A DNA stretch of 64,000 nucleotides. It comes from a virus. The notes under the pieces were generated by a model. The model was not told the origin of the DNA. It worked only from the letters and a program-made list of their open reading frames with translations, and searched no databases. The DNA lies in IMG/VR virus record IMGVR_UViG_3300030019_000008; one strand, 5' to 3'. This document shows positions 19,439 through 29,612 of the stretch, in pieces. The position numbers were made by a program, and so were the translations under genes. How positions within the stretch are numbered: position 1 is the first letter of the stretch; every line of letters starts with the position of its first letter.

Positions 19439-19833
19439 TCACAATCCTCCGTTATGTTGAACACCAGATCATAGTTCCTACCAACCACATCGTAGCTGTA
19501 GGAATAGAGAGCGCCTTTAATTCTCAGATCTTCGATTTTCTCAAAGACCCCATCAAGGCGTTCAATAAGCTCCAGATACATCCGATGTTCAATCCATGCT
19601 ACGGTTGAGATATCAAGTCCCAGTCTCAGCAATGTGGTCCGACACGAACTCTTTTCAATCTGTCCGCTTTCGGTGCTGTCAAGAAGCTCCTTGACGAAAT
19701 ACCCAAGGTACTCATAGACATTGAGTCTGAAGGTAGATACCCCGTATTCTGCCAGAGTGAGCTTAAACCACTCAGCTACATCCCGTAAGCAGATGATGGA
19801 GCGACCCACCTTTAGATTCGTGCTCCTGCCCAC
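19408..19833 (-). CDS. hypothetical protein
   Basis: 3' part of ORF 19408..20001; GTG at 19833 chosen because the longer version overlaps the upstream gene. Confidence 0.55.
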   Translation of the reverse strand: MGRSTNLKVGRSIICLRDVAEWFKLTLAEYGVSTFRLNVYEYLGYFVKELLDSTESGQIEKSSCRTTLLRLGLDISTVAWIEHRMYLELIERLDGVFEKIEDLRIKGALYSYSYDVVGRNYDLVFNITEDCECTQEKKCVI

Positions 19834-20452
19834 CGTTTCGCATCTCCCACTCGATGATGCGGTAGTCTCCAAGGTCCTCGATAAAGAGGTTCTCTCCCTT
19901 TCGCTTCGGCTCAAAAACGGTCCAGGTTCTGGTTCCTGTAAACTCGCGAACCTGATTGATGAGTTCACAGTCATGCTCCTTAACGATGTCGTAGAAGTCA
20001 ACGTACTCCAAGTAACCTTGAGTAATGAACTCCTGGTATGCCCTGATCAAATACTGGTCAGAGTTCACATTGTCGAACTCGGAAATGCCGGTAATGAAAC
20101 CGGATACCGACGCCAGAAGAATGCTTCTCGAATGTGCGGGAATAGTGGGCGTGAGGGATAAGAATCGCTCACGGTTTGCCGTGATGATCCTGGGAATCAA
20201 AGTCCCTCCCTTGCAATCGACTACCTCGCCAGCGATGTCCTTATAGCTCATCACCGGCCGCTTGATCAAACGGCTGCCATTTTGAATGAGTGAGAAAGCA
20301 GTGACCTTCCCTTCATTGTCTTCGGGCATCGTGAGGATCGGCGATTCTTTACCAACCCGGTAGACACCACGCTGGTAAGGCTTCAGGCACAACTCCAAAT
20401 CTTTTTCCAGGCCATGTGCGAATTGGTCTAGTGGTATGACGAGTCTTCTCAT
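19772..20452 (-). CDS. conserved core hypothetical protein
   Basis: 226 aa in PhuZ-to-polymerase block. Confidence 0.7.
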   Translation of the reverse strand: MRRLVIPLDQFAHGLEKDLELCLKPYQRGVYRVGKESPILTMPEDNEGKVTAFSLIQNGSRLIKRPVMSYKDIAGEVVDCKGGTLIPRIITANRERFLSLTPTIPAHSRSILLASVSGFITGISEFDNVNSDQYLIRAYQEFITQGYLEYVDFYDIVKEHDCELINQVREFTGTRTWTVFEPKRKGENLFIEDLGDYRIIEWEMRNGGQEHESKGGSLHHLLTGCS

Positions 20453-20454
20453 TT

Positions 20455-20856
20455 TTATCGTGCCTGTGATTCAAACGCCGGCGTAGACCGAGCCGCGTAA
20501 TAGCTGATGTGGATGTTAGTCCCATTCAGAAATACGTTTACTTCATTGTCCTGGAAGATCTGCGGTGACCTGATGAATTGTGTGAAGAGTACATGCAGAT
20601 TCGGACAACGCTTGAGGAGCTCGTAATAGAGATCTTCGTGGTTCTTGCTCCTGTAGTTGAAATTTTGCACTTGCAGCAACATGCAGTCCTCGATGTGGCG
20701 GCAGCACAACCACCAAATGAAGTCCTGAATAGATACTTGCAAGCCTAGCTGTTCACACATCGGGTCGTTATACAGATCCGTAATGATGGGGAGCAGCATT
20801 ACATTCAATTGATCGATGTTCTGGATCAAAAGACATTGTTGTACTTTCTCACTCAT
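20455..20856 (-). CDS. hypothetical protein
   Basis: 133 aa, GGGAG RBS. Confidence 0.7.
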   Translation of the reverse strand: MSEKVQQCLLIQNIDQLNVMLLPIITDLYNDPMCEQLGLQVSIQDFIWWLCCRHIEDCMLLQVQNFNYRSKNHEDLYYELLKRCPNLHVLFTQFIRSPQIFQDNEVNVFLNGTNIHISYYAARSTPAFESQAR

Positions 20857-20872
20857 ATAAGCTCCCAGCGCA

Positions 20873-20905
20873 TATCACGCTATCCTTCTACAGGATAGCG
20901 TGATA
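20873..20905 (-). terminator. hairpin after phuZ
   Basis: 14-bp perfect stem TATCACGCTATCCT/AGGATAGCGTGATA. Confidence 0.7.
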
Positions 20906-20937
20906 GCGTCAGAAAATACTTCGCTTACTTGTGCTTC

Positions 20938-21957
20938 TTACAGCACCAGGGAACTGCCGCCGGAGCTCTCGATGTCGTCACCGGCAATGATGCCGAATGC
21001 CGACGTGACACGCGCATCGCGGGTTTCACGCAGTTCTTCGACCATGCTGTTGAGCCGGCCGGCGATCTGCTTGAAGCTGTTGGTGCGGATGACGCAGTGC
21101 AGCGGCAGCGTAGCCGACATCGTGACCGGAGCCTTTTCGATGTAGCCGATGTAGTGGCTTTCGCACTTGAACGGCAGGGCTTCGAAAGACTCGTCTTCAG
21201 CGATCGTGAGAACGCTGATGATGTCGCTGACGCCTTCATTGATCTCGTTGGTATGGAAGTCCAGCGCAGCGAGCTGAGGGCCGTGCGAGGTCACCGTCGG
21301 AAAGTTCAGCCAGTTAGTGATGTCGGCCAGGTCCAGACGACGATTGCGACGAGAGAACACAGCGGCCAGGAAGGAGATGACCGTGGTGATGTTCTGGTTC
21401 ACGATCTTGATCGGGGTTACTTCCGAGTTTTCCTGGTAGTACAGGCAGACCGGCATGTCGTTGTTGCGGGCGACCATTTCGTAGCTCTTGAGCGTCTTGA
21501 GCGTGTTTTCGGCGCGCTGATAGGTATCGGTGCCGCCGACAAGCAGAACAACAGTGGGGAGCTTGCGCTTCAGGAGTTCTTCCGTGAGGGCCGGAGCGAT
21601 GACCGAACCCGAACCGCCACCACCGCTGGAGAGCACGATGTTGAAGTCGAGCGGACGCAGGCGTTGCAGGATGTCCTTGGTGCGGCGCTGGATTTCCGGA
21701 GCATTGGCCGCACGCAGACCACCGGAACCGTCAACGCCTTCGATGACGTAGCAGGACGAGCGCGGAGTATCGGACTTGAAGTTCGAGTAGCTCGTGTCGA
21801 TGAAGCTCATCGACACATTGGCGAAGGCATCAGCGGCCTGGCCGACGTACTTCATGAGGCAGTTCTGACCGATCGAAACACCAGCGCCACCGCAGGCGTA
21901 GATCATGACGCGGCCTTTTTCGGGGAGGGTGATCGTGCTGGTTTCTTGCTGTTCCAT
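20938..21957 (-). CDS. phuZ: tubulin-like spindle protein PhuZ
   Basis: YACGGAG, IDTS, GGGGSGS tubulin signature, LDLAD T7 loop, acidic-hydrophobic C-tail. Confidence 0.93.
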   Translation of the reverse strand: MEQQETSTITLPEKGRVMIYACGGAGVSIGQNCLMKYVGQAADAFANVSMSFIDTSYSNFKSDTPRSSCYVIEGVDGSGGLRAANAPEIQRRTKDILQRLRPLDFNIVLSSGGGGSGSVIAPALTEELLKRKLPTVVLLVGGTDTYQRAENTLKTLKSYEMVARNNDMPVCLYYQENSEVTPIKIVNQNITTVISFLAAVFSRRNRRLDLADITNWLNFPTVTSHGPQLAALDFHTNEINEGVSDIISVLTIAEDESFEALPFKCESHYIGYIEKAPVTMSATLPLHCVIRTNSFKQIAGRLNSMVEELRETRDARVTSAFGIIAGDDIESSGGSSLVL

Positions 21958-22007
21958 CGTGTTTCCTTTCGAAACTTAGTTGGGAGTAATTCAAAAGAAA
22001 TGAGTCC

Positions 22008-22021
22008 GTAGTATTTTTATT
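22008..22021 (-). promoter_or_regulatory. AT-rich second-class promoter candidate (TAAAAAATACTAC)
   Basis: upstream of phuZ; recurs at ~13322, 40438, 49604, 59729. Confidence 0.5.
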
Positions 22022-22047
22022 GCCCGGACTCAGATGACAAAAAGTGT

Positions 22048-22467
22048 TTAGTACAGATGCTTGTCGAGGTGCGATGCTTTTCTCAGTGAGTACCTGCGCC
22101 GCTCAACACGTCTGATCCGGGTGCTCAAAATCGCATGTCGGCGCTCAGCGTTGATCAAGCCATTGCGAGTTCCCTTAGCAAGCTTGCTCACATAGGTGGA
22201 GAGCGCTTTGCTGTTGGTAGCTATACCGGAGTTCATCTCGGCGAGCACAGTAAACTTTTCCTCCAATATACGAACTCCTCGACTAAAATCCTGAAGCAAT
22301 GCTTCTTTTTGACCATTGCTCCGAATTTGATTATCACCGTGTTTTACGATGGCTTTTCCAAGAGCCAAAATTCTTTTGTCCTGTTCCTTATACAGGCTCC
22401 AGAAATGGATCGAGACAGTCACAGCTACACCGACGATAAAGATGACCAGCGTGTATCCTTCCATCAC
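22048..22467 (-). CDS. membrane-anchored coiled-coil protein
   Basis: N-terminal TM helix then heptad-rich region. Confidence 0.7.
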   Translation of the reverse strand: MMEGYTLVIFIVGVAVTVSIHFWSLYKEQDKRILALGKAIVKHGDNQIRSNGQKEALLQDFSRGVRILEEKFTVLAEMNSGIATNSKALSTYVSKLAKGTRNGLINAERRHAILSTRIRRVERRRYSLRKASHLDKHLY

Positions 22468-23267
22468 AACCTCGCCGTAGTGATGCCGGTCTGACCGAAG
22501 TACTTGCGAGACTTGTCGTACGGGTTTTCAGATGGCTCATTGCCCTTGAAGAACATGAACTGAGCGATGCCTTGGTTGGCATAGACCTTCAGAGGCAGTG
22601 GGCTGCCATTGGCAATCTCGATCACCACCTGGCCTTCGAAGCCCGGTTCGATAGGAGTGACATTCACCAATCCAGCAAGCCTTGCCATGGTGCTCTTACC
22701 GACACATACCACCATGACGTCGTTGGGGATGCGAAAGTACTCCACCGTAGGGGCCAGTGCGTAGGAGTTCGGAGGAATGATGACTGAATCACCCTCGAAA
22801 TCCACGTAACAATCATCACTGACGTTGAGCGGGTCAATCAGGGAGTTGTTGATGTTGGTGAAGATCTTGAACTTGGGCTGGAGGCGGACATCATAGCCGA
22901 ATGATGAAGTGCCGTAAGAGAGGATCTTCTTCCCATTCTCTTCACGAACTTGGCCCGGCACAAACGGCTCGATCATCGGCTTCCAGTTTGCGAGCTCTTC
23001 TTCGGTGAGCTTCGTATAGACGTCGATACCCATCTCGGCAGCAGTCATCGAGACATCGGAGAGCTGGCCAGTGGGAGGAACAGCAACTTCCTCATTGAAG
23101 AATGAGGCATCACCACCTGCTGAGAGCATCTCCTGGACACTGATCTGATGCTTTTCCACATCAGAGATCTTGTGACCGAGGTACTCAATACCGCCGGTAG
23201 GTGATTTCACCTTGTGAGTGGGAGTGATACACTGGTTACGAATCCAGCGATCAGACATGATAGACAT
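22464..23267 (-). CDS. dcd: dCTP deaminase with N-terminal insertion
   Basis: [46 protein letters not shown]. Confidence 0.92.
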   Translation of the reverse strand: MSIMSDRWIRNQCITPTHKVKSPTGGIEYLGHKISDVEKHQISVQEMLSAGGDASFFNEEVAVPPTGQLSDVSMTAAEMGIDVYTKLTEEELANWKPMIEPFVPGQVREENGKKILSYGTSSFGYDVRLQPKFKIFTNINNSLIDPLNVSDDCYVDFEGDSVIIPPNSYALAPTVEYFRIPNDVMVVCVGKSTMARLAGLVNVTPIEPGFEGQVVIEIANGSPLPLKVYANQGIAQFMFFKGNEPSENPYDKSRKYFGQTGITTARL

Positions 23268-23329
23268 AAGTTCTCCTGTATACGGATAAGAATTGCGAAA
23301 TCATCTGATACTAAAACAGGCTCGTTAAT

Positions 23330-23346
23330 GTAATGAGTGCCTGAAA
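23330..23346 (-). promoter_or_regulatory. early-type promoter upstream of dcd
   Basis: TTTCAGGCACTCATTAC. Confidence 0.75.
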
Positions 23347-23364
23347 AAATTTGGAGTAGCGATT

Positions 23365-24171
23365 ATGAACCCTATCTCGAAAGCTCTTGACGACATCGTT
23401 CGTTTCAAGATTCCCAGACAAATTCTGGAAGCAGCGTTTCTGAGCATAACAGGTGACTGGTGGATAAAAAATACCAGCTTGGATAAAGCAATCTACGATA
23501 CAGTAGTCGTCCCCAGGATTCTTGTGGACGCCAATCTGATCGGTGGGGTGGAAGCTTATGTCCCGCTCTATGGTGTTGATACTGAGCGTGTCAATGACTA
23601 TACCCAGGTCTACTACATCCCCAAGTCTCTCACACAAGGCCGATCCATCATCAGTGTAAACAACATCACATTCAATGATCCCACATACGCCACGAGTTAC
23701 GGTGCTGCTGCTAGTGGCAACAACTCAGTGATGCTTCGTGGTGCTCAGGCGATGGTTGATGCAATGGGGACAATTCCGGTCACATCCACAGCCAACGTCC
23801 AGCTTATTGCTGAAAATACCGTGATGGTCAGAGACAGCATTCTGTTGCCAGCCAATATCTTCCTGCGCTGCCAGCTTGCCAATGATGAGAACCTGTCCAA
23901 TCTACAACCTCGCAGTTACAAGTACCTGTCCAAACTGATCTTGCTCGCTGTGCAGTCGTACATCTACAATACACTGAAGATGCGCATTGACATGAATGAG
24001 CTGGTAGGTGGTCAGTCCCTCGGTGTTTTCAAAGACATCGTTGACAAGTACGAAGAAGCTGAACAGCAATACGAGGAGTATCGAGACACTACCATGGCAA
24101 AGGTCTTCTTCCTCAACGACCGCGAGAAGCTCACTCGTTTCATCAAGTTCAAGACCGGCACATTCCGTTAA
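23365..24171 (+). CDS. conserved virion structural protein (phiKZ gp32-like by synteny)
   Basis: 268 aa, opposite strand next to tail tube gene, GGAG RBS. Confidence 0.6.
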   Translation: MNPISKALDDIVRFKIPRQILEAAFLSITGDWWIKNTSLDKAIYDTVVVPRILVDANLIGGVEAYVPLYGVDTERVNDYTQVYYIPKSLTQGRSIISVNNITFNDPTYATSYGAAASGNNSVMLRGAQAMVDAMGTIPVTSTANVQLIAENTVMVRDSILLPANIFLRCQLANDENLSNLQPRSYKYLSKLILLAVQSYIYNTLKMRIDMNELVGGQSLGVFKDIVDKYEEAEQQYEEYRDTTMAKVFFLNDREKLTRFIKFKTGTFR

Positions 24172-24180
24172 GGAAAGAAA

Positions 24181-24217
24181 TCCATACAGTAGAGGCATTG
24201 AGCCTCTACTGTATGGA
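24181..24217. terminator. bidirectional hairpin
   Basis: 16-bp perfect stem between convergent genes, followed by TATGCCG. Confidence 0.75.
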
Positions 24218-24226
24218 TATGCCGTA

Positions 24227-24769
24227 TTACTTCTTCGAGAAGGATTCGAGTGCCGATTGCAAATTCCGAAATACGGGAATGTTCATTCGAACAGCCATGC
24301 TCTCCAGAACAGCGGAGAGTTCAGACTGGTCATTGATGTCGATTTCCTTGGTGGGATCTTCTTCATTGGGATCGGAGTAGTCAATCACCAACACGAAGTT
24401 GTGCTTCTCACCAGACTTCTTGACCACCTCAACGATATCGCCGTCGTTGATGTCACAGGCCGATGCACCATAGAGAGTGGTGCCAGCAGGCGGGGCTGCA
24501 TAGGTCACTTTCTTACTGATCAGTGCTTGTAGAGCGCGATTGGCAATAGTCGCATCAACCTGCTGGGTTTCGGTAGCTGCCCGCACATCGGTAGCATTAC
24601 CTTCAGCGTGATTGCTCAGAGTGATGTTGATGTGGTCAGGATTGGGATCATCCTTATTGTAGACCGAGTTGAGTGCCTGGAAGTAAACATTCGAGAGAGG
24701 TCCTTCGAGCTTGATGTCGTCGCTCTTATCCTCTTCGGCTGCTACCAGACCACGAAAATTACGAGTCAT
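24227..24769 (-). CDS. putative virion (head) protein
   Basis: 180 aa with several A/S-x-E protease-type motifs (AAE, ATE, ALE). Confidence 0.55.
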   Translation of the reverse strand: MTRNFRGLVAAEEDKSDDIKLEGPLSNVYFQALNSVYNKDDPNPDHINITLSNHAEGNATDVRAATETQQVDATIANRALQALISKKVTYAAPPAGTTLYGASACDINDGDIVEVVKKSGEKHNFVLVIDYSDPNEEDPTKEIDINDQSELSAVLESMAVRMNIPVFRNLQSALESFSKK

Positions 24770-24805
24770 TCGAATACCTCGTTATGAATGGTTGGCTCAT
24801 AGGAA

Positions 24806-25117
24806 TTAGACACTCCTGTGAAAGAGATACCACTTCCCATCACTGGATGCATCCTCGTCATAAACCAACACTGTGTCATTACGTCCGAATGAAATAGCAC
24901 CATTCTTGACCAGCTTCTCATCCACATAAGGAAAGAGATCAATCGCTGTGATGCGGGAGAGCTTCTTGATATCTTTGCGAGCTTTCACCACCACTTTCAT
25001 TTCACGGGATGCACCAATACCATCGAGTGGGTTGATCAGTACCGTGCTTTCGAATTTGGCATGATTGCTCTGCATTCCACGAAAGACTACATCAAATGAG
25101 TTTGCAATATAAAGCAT
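24806..25117 (-). CDS. hypothetical protein
   Basis: 103 aa ORF filling the gap downstream of tail tube. Confidence 0.6.
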   Translation of the reverse strand: MLYIANSFDVVFRGMQSNHAKFESTVLINPLDGIGASREMKVVVKARKDIKKLSRITAIDLFPYVDEKLVKNGAISFGRNDTVLVYDEDASSDGKWYLFHRSV

Positions 25118-25246
25118 TTGCTTGCCTTTGAATAAAGAAGTGCGGCATAATAAAAAAGATGGACCCTACAAAAAAGCTCAAGGGAATAAGCTTTAATGCA
25201 GGGTCCGGAAGCCACACATGAGGCAGAAAGGAACTGAGGTGCTGCG

Positions 25247-26113
25247 TTAAACGGAAACAGCCTTGTTACGCATCGTGTCGATACCGGCCGAGTAGCCAGA
25301 CGAGGATGCGGCGGTGATGTCCGAGCTGATCGCGTCGATGAATGCGGCGCGGTTGTTCGGGTTGGCATTGACGATGTTCATGGCGTCGAGCAGCTTCTGG
25401 CAGAACTGATCCACACCGACGCCGACCTGGTAAACACCAGCCCATTGCACGTCGTAGGTCGTTTCTTCGGAAGCAGCCGTGATTTCACGACGACCCACTG
25501 CATCACCGGTAACCTTCGGCCACATGCCAGTTCCGAGCCACGACTGAACCACCTTGGTGTGGGTGGGATCAGGTTCGAAGAAGGCGATAGTGCAGCCGAA
25601 CATGTCCATGAGCATGTCGGTGGGCTTGTTGGACAGAGTGCCGATGGCTGCGAAGTTGGTATCCGGGTCCAGGATCAAGTTACGGATGTAACTCGACAGG
25701 AAACGGAAGACCGGCTTGCCATAGCGTTCAGGCCAGCGCATCGTGACCTGGGAACGGGCACGAGTAGTCTTGACCGGGTGCTCCATCATTTCGCCAGCGG
25801 CGCCGATAGGAGTTTCCACAGTCTGGACTTCAAGACCCTGAGCCAGGCCGTCGATGGTAAGAGCCTGCCGTTCAACGAGTTCACGAAGAGCGGCGTAGTA
25901 GTACGAGCTATTGGGCAGATACGAGAAGCCCTTCGGGCCTTCGATCACAACAGCGATGAGGTTGCTGCGGATGTGAAGCTGAGCGCTGAGCAGTTGCGAC
26001 AGGTCACTCACATAACCCAGCTGACCACCTGTTCCCAGGTTGAGCATGGTGTTCTGTGCGCCCTGCGCATATGCGTTGCTAGCACCCAGCAACGTGTCAG
26101 TTTGACGTGACAT
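25247..26113 (-). CDS. tail tube protein (phiKZ gp30-like)
   Basis: 288 aa directly downstream of sheath; EPDPT...WL..GMWP tube-type segment. Confidence 0.8.
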   Translation of the reverse strand: MSRQTDTLLGASNAYAQGAQNTMLNLGTGGQLGYVSDLSQLLSAQLHIRSNLIAVVIEGPKGFSYLPNSSYYYAALRELVERQALTIDGLAQGLEVQTVETPIGAAGEMMEHPVKTTRARSQVTMRWPERYGKPVFRFLSSYIRNLILDPDTNFAAIGTLSNKPTDMLMDMFGCTIAFFEPDPTHTKVVQSWLGTGMWPKVTGDAVGRREITAASEETTYDVQWAGVYQVGVGVDQFCQKLLDAMNIVNANPNNRAAFIDAISSDITAASSSGYSAGIDTMRNKAVSV

Positions 26114-26194
26114 GTGCTTTTCCTTTAATGTCAGAAGTCATTAGGGGAGGAATATCTCTACCCCTCCCCTAGGAGAGATGACGAAGTCGGTGGA

Positions 26195-28432
26195 TTAGGC
26201 CGTCGTCGAAGAAGCGGCATCGAGTGTGTCCTTGCGGTACACATCCAGATACAGCTCTTCCACAGTCTTCATGTTCGGCGCACCCAGCTTGACCTGCAGG
26301 GTCCAAACATATCCCTTCGACTTCTGATCGGTGCTGATGTACGCATTCGGAATGATCGTGTAGACGTTCGTGAAGCGGTCCTTGATCAGTTCCTTGTAGC
26401 GGGCATTGACAGCATCGATGAACTGGTCATCGGTCAGGGTAGTGGAGCCAGAGAACTCACGCCAGATGCGTTCGCCGATCTTGTTCAGCTCGCAGCACAG
26501 CATGACTGTGAGGAAGCTGTTGAGCACCGACGTATCCGAGAGGCTGTCGCCACCGTAGATGGTCTTCAGAGCCGGGATGAAGAACTGCCGGCGATCGAAA
26601 GCACCCACCCAGTTCATGCCGATTTCCCAGTCGCGGTTGCGGGTAGCAGCACCGATGAACTCAACGTTCAAGTTCTTGAACATCGTGATCATGGAGTTCG
26701 GATAGCGATCGAAGAAACTCGCTTCCTTCCAGATGCCATCAGCAGCACCCATGCATTCCGCAGCCTTGGAGGCGATCTCGACGGCAACAGGCAGACGACC
26801 ACGCCAGTTGCTGCTCAGCAGGTTGCCAGAGCGGCCCATGATCAGGCCACGAACGGCCTTCGTACCCCAGTAGACCGATTCCGGATAGTTCTTCAGATAG
26901 GCATTGAGAGCCACAGATCGCGAGTACTCATTCGCTTCTGAGAGCTTCTCACCAACAGCATGAGTCGCCAGGAAGATGAACGTGTTCTTGCGAACCGAGA
27001 TGAACTGAGCCAGAGCCTTCTTCGTATCGAGCTGGAAGCCCGTGTCGTAGATGATGCATTCCGGGTGCAGAGCCGAGTCCGTGAACTCGGAGAGCTCATC
27101 AGCATAGACCGCGATATGGCTCGTGACCAGCTTGTTGAGCATTGCATCGTCCATCGTGCCATCCGAGCCGCCTTGGGCATAGATGGTGGCCGACTCACTG
27201 AACCGGAACGCGTCAACATCCGAGTAATTCAGTTCGAATGCGTGGTACGGCTGGTTGGCAGAAGTGACGGCCGACAGGATGTTGAAACGCCATTCTTCAT
27301 CAGCGGTTTCATCGAAGTCGGTGTAATCATCGCCAACATGCTTGACTTCTTCTGCATAAAGCAGATTGATCACTTCAGCGAGGTTGTCCTCATAGACGTG
27401 GATCTGGCCGAACGGACCGTAGACCGGAGTCGTGGTGATGTCATCGAGCGACTGGTAGGCCGGGAGCAGGATGTCGCCAATGTAGCGTTCAGCTTCATAG
27501 GTGGAGTCCATAGCACCGGGCTTCAGAGCCACATCGACATACTGATCGCCAGCAATGGTCGAAGTGATCGTCGAGGTCTGGTTGATATCGTCCTTGTACA
27601 GGAGTTGTGCCACCAGCGGATAGATCTTGTCCTTGGTCAGCAGGTTCTTGTTGATCGGCATCTGGGAATCATCGGTCGGCGCATACATACGCAGACCAAC
27701 ATTGTTACCATCTTGACCGAAGAACGGAACTGCGATGTCGAACATCGGGTACATGATGGATTGAGCACCAGCAGCGCCATTGGCAGCTGTGTCAATCATC
27801 GTGCCTTCTTGCTGCACACCCAGACCGATTTCCAGATTGCGTGACGTCACCACTATCATGGTGTTGCCATCGAAAGCGCGCTTGACATAGGCATCACCGT
27901 CTTCCGACGTCGCCCAGTCATAGGTCGAAGAGTAAACCACCTCTTCAACGCCACCTTCGACCGGGATGGCCTTGGCAATCCACTTGCCGCGATAGCCGGG
28001 GATGGTGCCGCCGGTCTTGATCCGATTGCCATCGGTGTCGAGCATGTACTTGCCGTCGGAACCGCGCCGGTATTCGGTGAGGTTGGTCTTGAGCAGATCC
28101 AGGTAGATGCGGATGCTCGGACGAGGACCGGCATCCTGCGGCTTCAGGCGACGAATGATCTGGGGGTTGGCCTGATCATTGAGCTTGTTCGAGAGAACGG
28201 TTTGGTGTGTGGCGTACTTCTTCCGGAGATCGAAAGAATCACTGCCATACATCGTGGTGCGAGAATTGCCGCTGACCAGCTGATCCGTAGTGGGGCCTCG
28301 CTTCGCAAAAAGAAAGACTTTTGCAAGGTGGGAAGGGATAGCTTCCGCGGCGACACTCGCCGCGGTGGTGCTGTCATCCTTCATGCCCAACTGGATCGTC
28401 ATCGGCGCCGCATTTTTCATCAATGCTGACAT
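26195..28432 (-). CDS. contractile tail sheath protein (phiKZ gp29-like)
   Basis: 745 aa; FAKRGP N-terminal motif, YDTGF, C-terminal PNMKTV sheath domain; divergent from baseplate genes. Confidence 0.85.
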   Translation of the reverse strand: MSALMKNAAPMTIQLGMKDDSTTAASVAAEAIPSHLAKVFLFAKRGPTTDQLVSGNSRTTMYGSDSFDLRKKYATHQTVLSNKLNDQANPQIIRRLKPQDAGPRPSIRIYLDLLKTNLTEYRRGSDGKYMLDTDGNRIKTGGTIPGYRGKWIAKAIPVEGGVEEVVYSSTYDWATSEDGDAYVKRAFDGNTMIVVTSRNLEIGLGVQQEGTMIDTAANGAAGAQSIMYPMFDIAVPFFGQDGNNVGLRMYAPTDDSQMPINKNLLTKDKIYPLVAQLLYKDDINQTSTITSTIAGDQYVDVALKPGAMDSTYEAERYIGDILLPAYQSLDDITTTPVYGPFGQIHVYEDNLAEVINLLYAEEVKHVGDDYTDFDETADEEWRFNILSAVTSANQPYHAFELNYSDVDAFRFSESATIYAQGGSDGTMDDAMLNKLVTSHIAVYADELSEFTDSALHPECIIYDTGFQLDTKKALAQFISVRKNTFIFLATHAVGEKLSEANEYSRSVALNAYLKNYPESVYWGTKAVRGLIMGRSGNLLSSNWRGRLPVAVEIASKAAECMGAADGIWKEASFFDRYPNSMITMFKNLNVEFIGAATRNRDWEIGMNWVGAFDRRQFFIPALKTIYGGDSLSDTSVLNSFLTVMLCCELNKIGERIWREFSGSTTLTDDQFIDAVNARYKELIKDRFTNVYTIIPNAYISTDQKSKGYVWTLQVKLGAPNMKTVEELYLDVYRKDTLDAASSTTA

Positions 28433-28640
28433 GGAATGCTCCAGGCGAAAATAAAGTGTTGATAGAGCAGAATCTTATGGTTTACACAAGATCCACCCCG
28501 GTTCCTTGAAGTGCTTGCTGTTTTTGAGCGATGTGACTGAGAAGTTCAAAGTGCATTCAATACAAGAGCTCCCAGCATCAAGTATTTTAATATTGAACTC
28601 ATATTTATTATCCCGAACTTCCCGTAAGGAAACAAGAAAA

Positions 28641-29612
28641 ATGAGTATCTTTCGTACGGCCTATGACACGACGGCATGCAAAGACTATGTTCTGACGAAG
28701 ATTCGTCATGGTATCGAAGAAATTATTGCTCGCAGCTACGTCGGACGTCTTGAGATTCCTGAACTGGATATCAGGTATTCGATTGATGGCCCTCTCGCTA
28801 TTGTCGCTGAAGACAGTGTGATGATGGTTCCGGCTTTCAGTTTTCCTATCGAGCGTCCTTTGTCGGCTATCGAAAAAAACAATGACAGGACGGATCACGT
28901 CTCCATCATTGTCGATCTGCGCGCATACACTCGCCAACCCAAAGATGGTTCGTGGGAGATGATCAAACGCATCTCCAACATGAGCGAATACATGCTGCAT
29001 GGTTCAGAAGCGGTGCTGACCTATTACTGGGTCAATAACGAACCCCAACATCTGCTCACCATCTCGAAGCTACCCATTGCAGTGTATGCTGACTGGATCA
29101 GTCAGTCGCTGCGCAACCGCTTCTCACTCGACCCGGCTGAACAGATGAAGCTCGCTGTTCTGTCTGCGTTCTTCTATCATTGCCTTTTTGTCAAAGAAGG
29201 AGTGATTGGAGAGCATGAGAAATACAAGCTCGCTGGTGGGATTGCTCGTTCCATCAATGTGGCAGCCGATGTTGTGGTTTCGATTCTCCAGAATGTGAAT
29301 CAGATCGACAATGTGGATCAGTTCTGCCAGTGTATCAAAGACGTACTCAATAACGTGCGTCTGACCGGTTTGAACAAGGGTGTGCTCTATGAAGTGATTG
29401 GACATAGCTGGTATGGTAACAGCCTGGAAGCCATGGCTGTTGCGCTGGAGCATCCTCCTACCTGGCTCGCTTACCTGCGTGCAGCCTGTACCGATCGCAG
29501 CTACAAGAACACTTTCATTCAGAAACTGCTCCAGCACAAGAAGACTGCTGACGTGGATCAGTTTGTGAAGGCCTTTCACAATATTCTTGTGATGTCATTT
29601 GGGGCTCACTAA
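28641..29612 (+). CDS. virion structural protein (phiKZ gp28-like)
   Basis: start revised to ATG 28641 (MSIFRTAYDTT, AAGGA RBS), 323 aa. Confidence 0.7.
   Translation: MSIFRTAYDTTACKDYVLTKIRHGIEEIIARSYVGRLEIPELDIRYSIDGPLAIVAEDSVMMVPAFSFPIERPLSAIEKNNDRTDHVSIIVDLRAYTRQPKDGSWEMIKRISNMSEYMLHGSEAVLTYYWVNNEPQHLLTISKLPIAVYADWISQSLRNRFSLDPAEQMKLAVLSAFFYHCLFVKEGVIGEHEKYKLAGGIARSINVAADVVVSILQNVNQIDNVDQFCQCIKDVLNNVRLTGLNKGVLYEVIGHSWYGNSLEAMAVALEHPPTWLAYLRAACTDRSYKNTFIQKLLQHKKTADVDQFVKAFHNILVMSFGAH

Noticed and set aside
22980-23230. Intein in dCTP deaminase
   Set aside because: Too short and lacks the C-terminal HN-[CST] splice motif
28506-28640. 45-aa N-terminal extension of the gp28-like ORF
   Set aside because: TTG start lies in the divergent promoter region; ATG 28641 has a proper RBS
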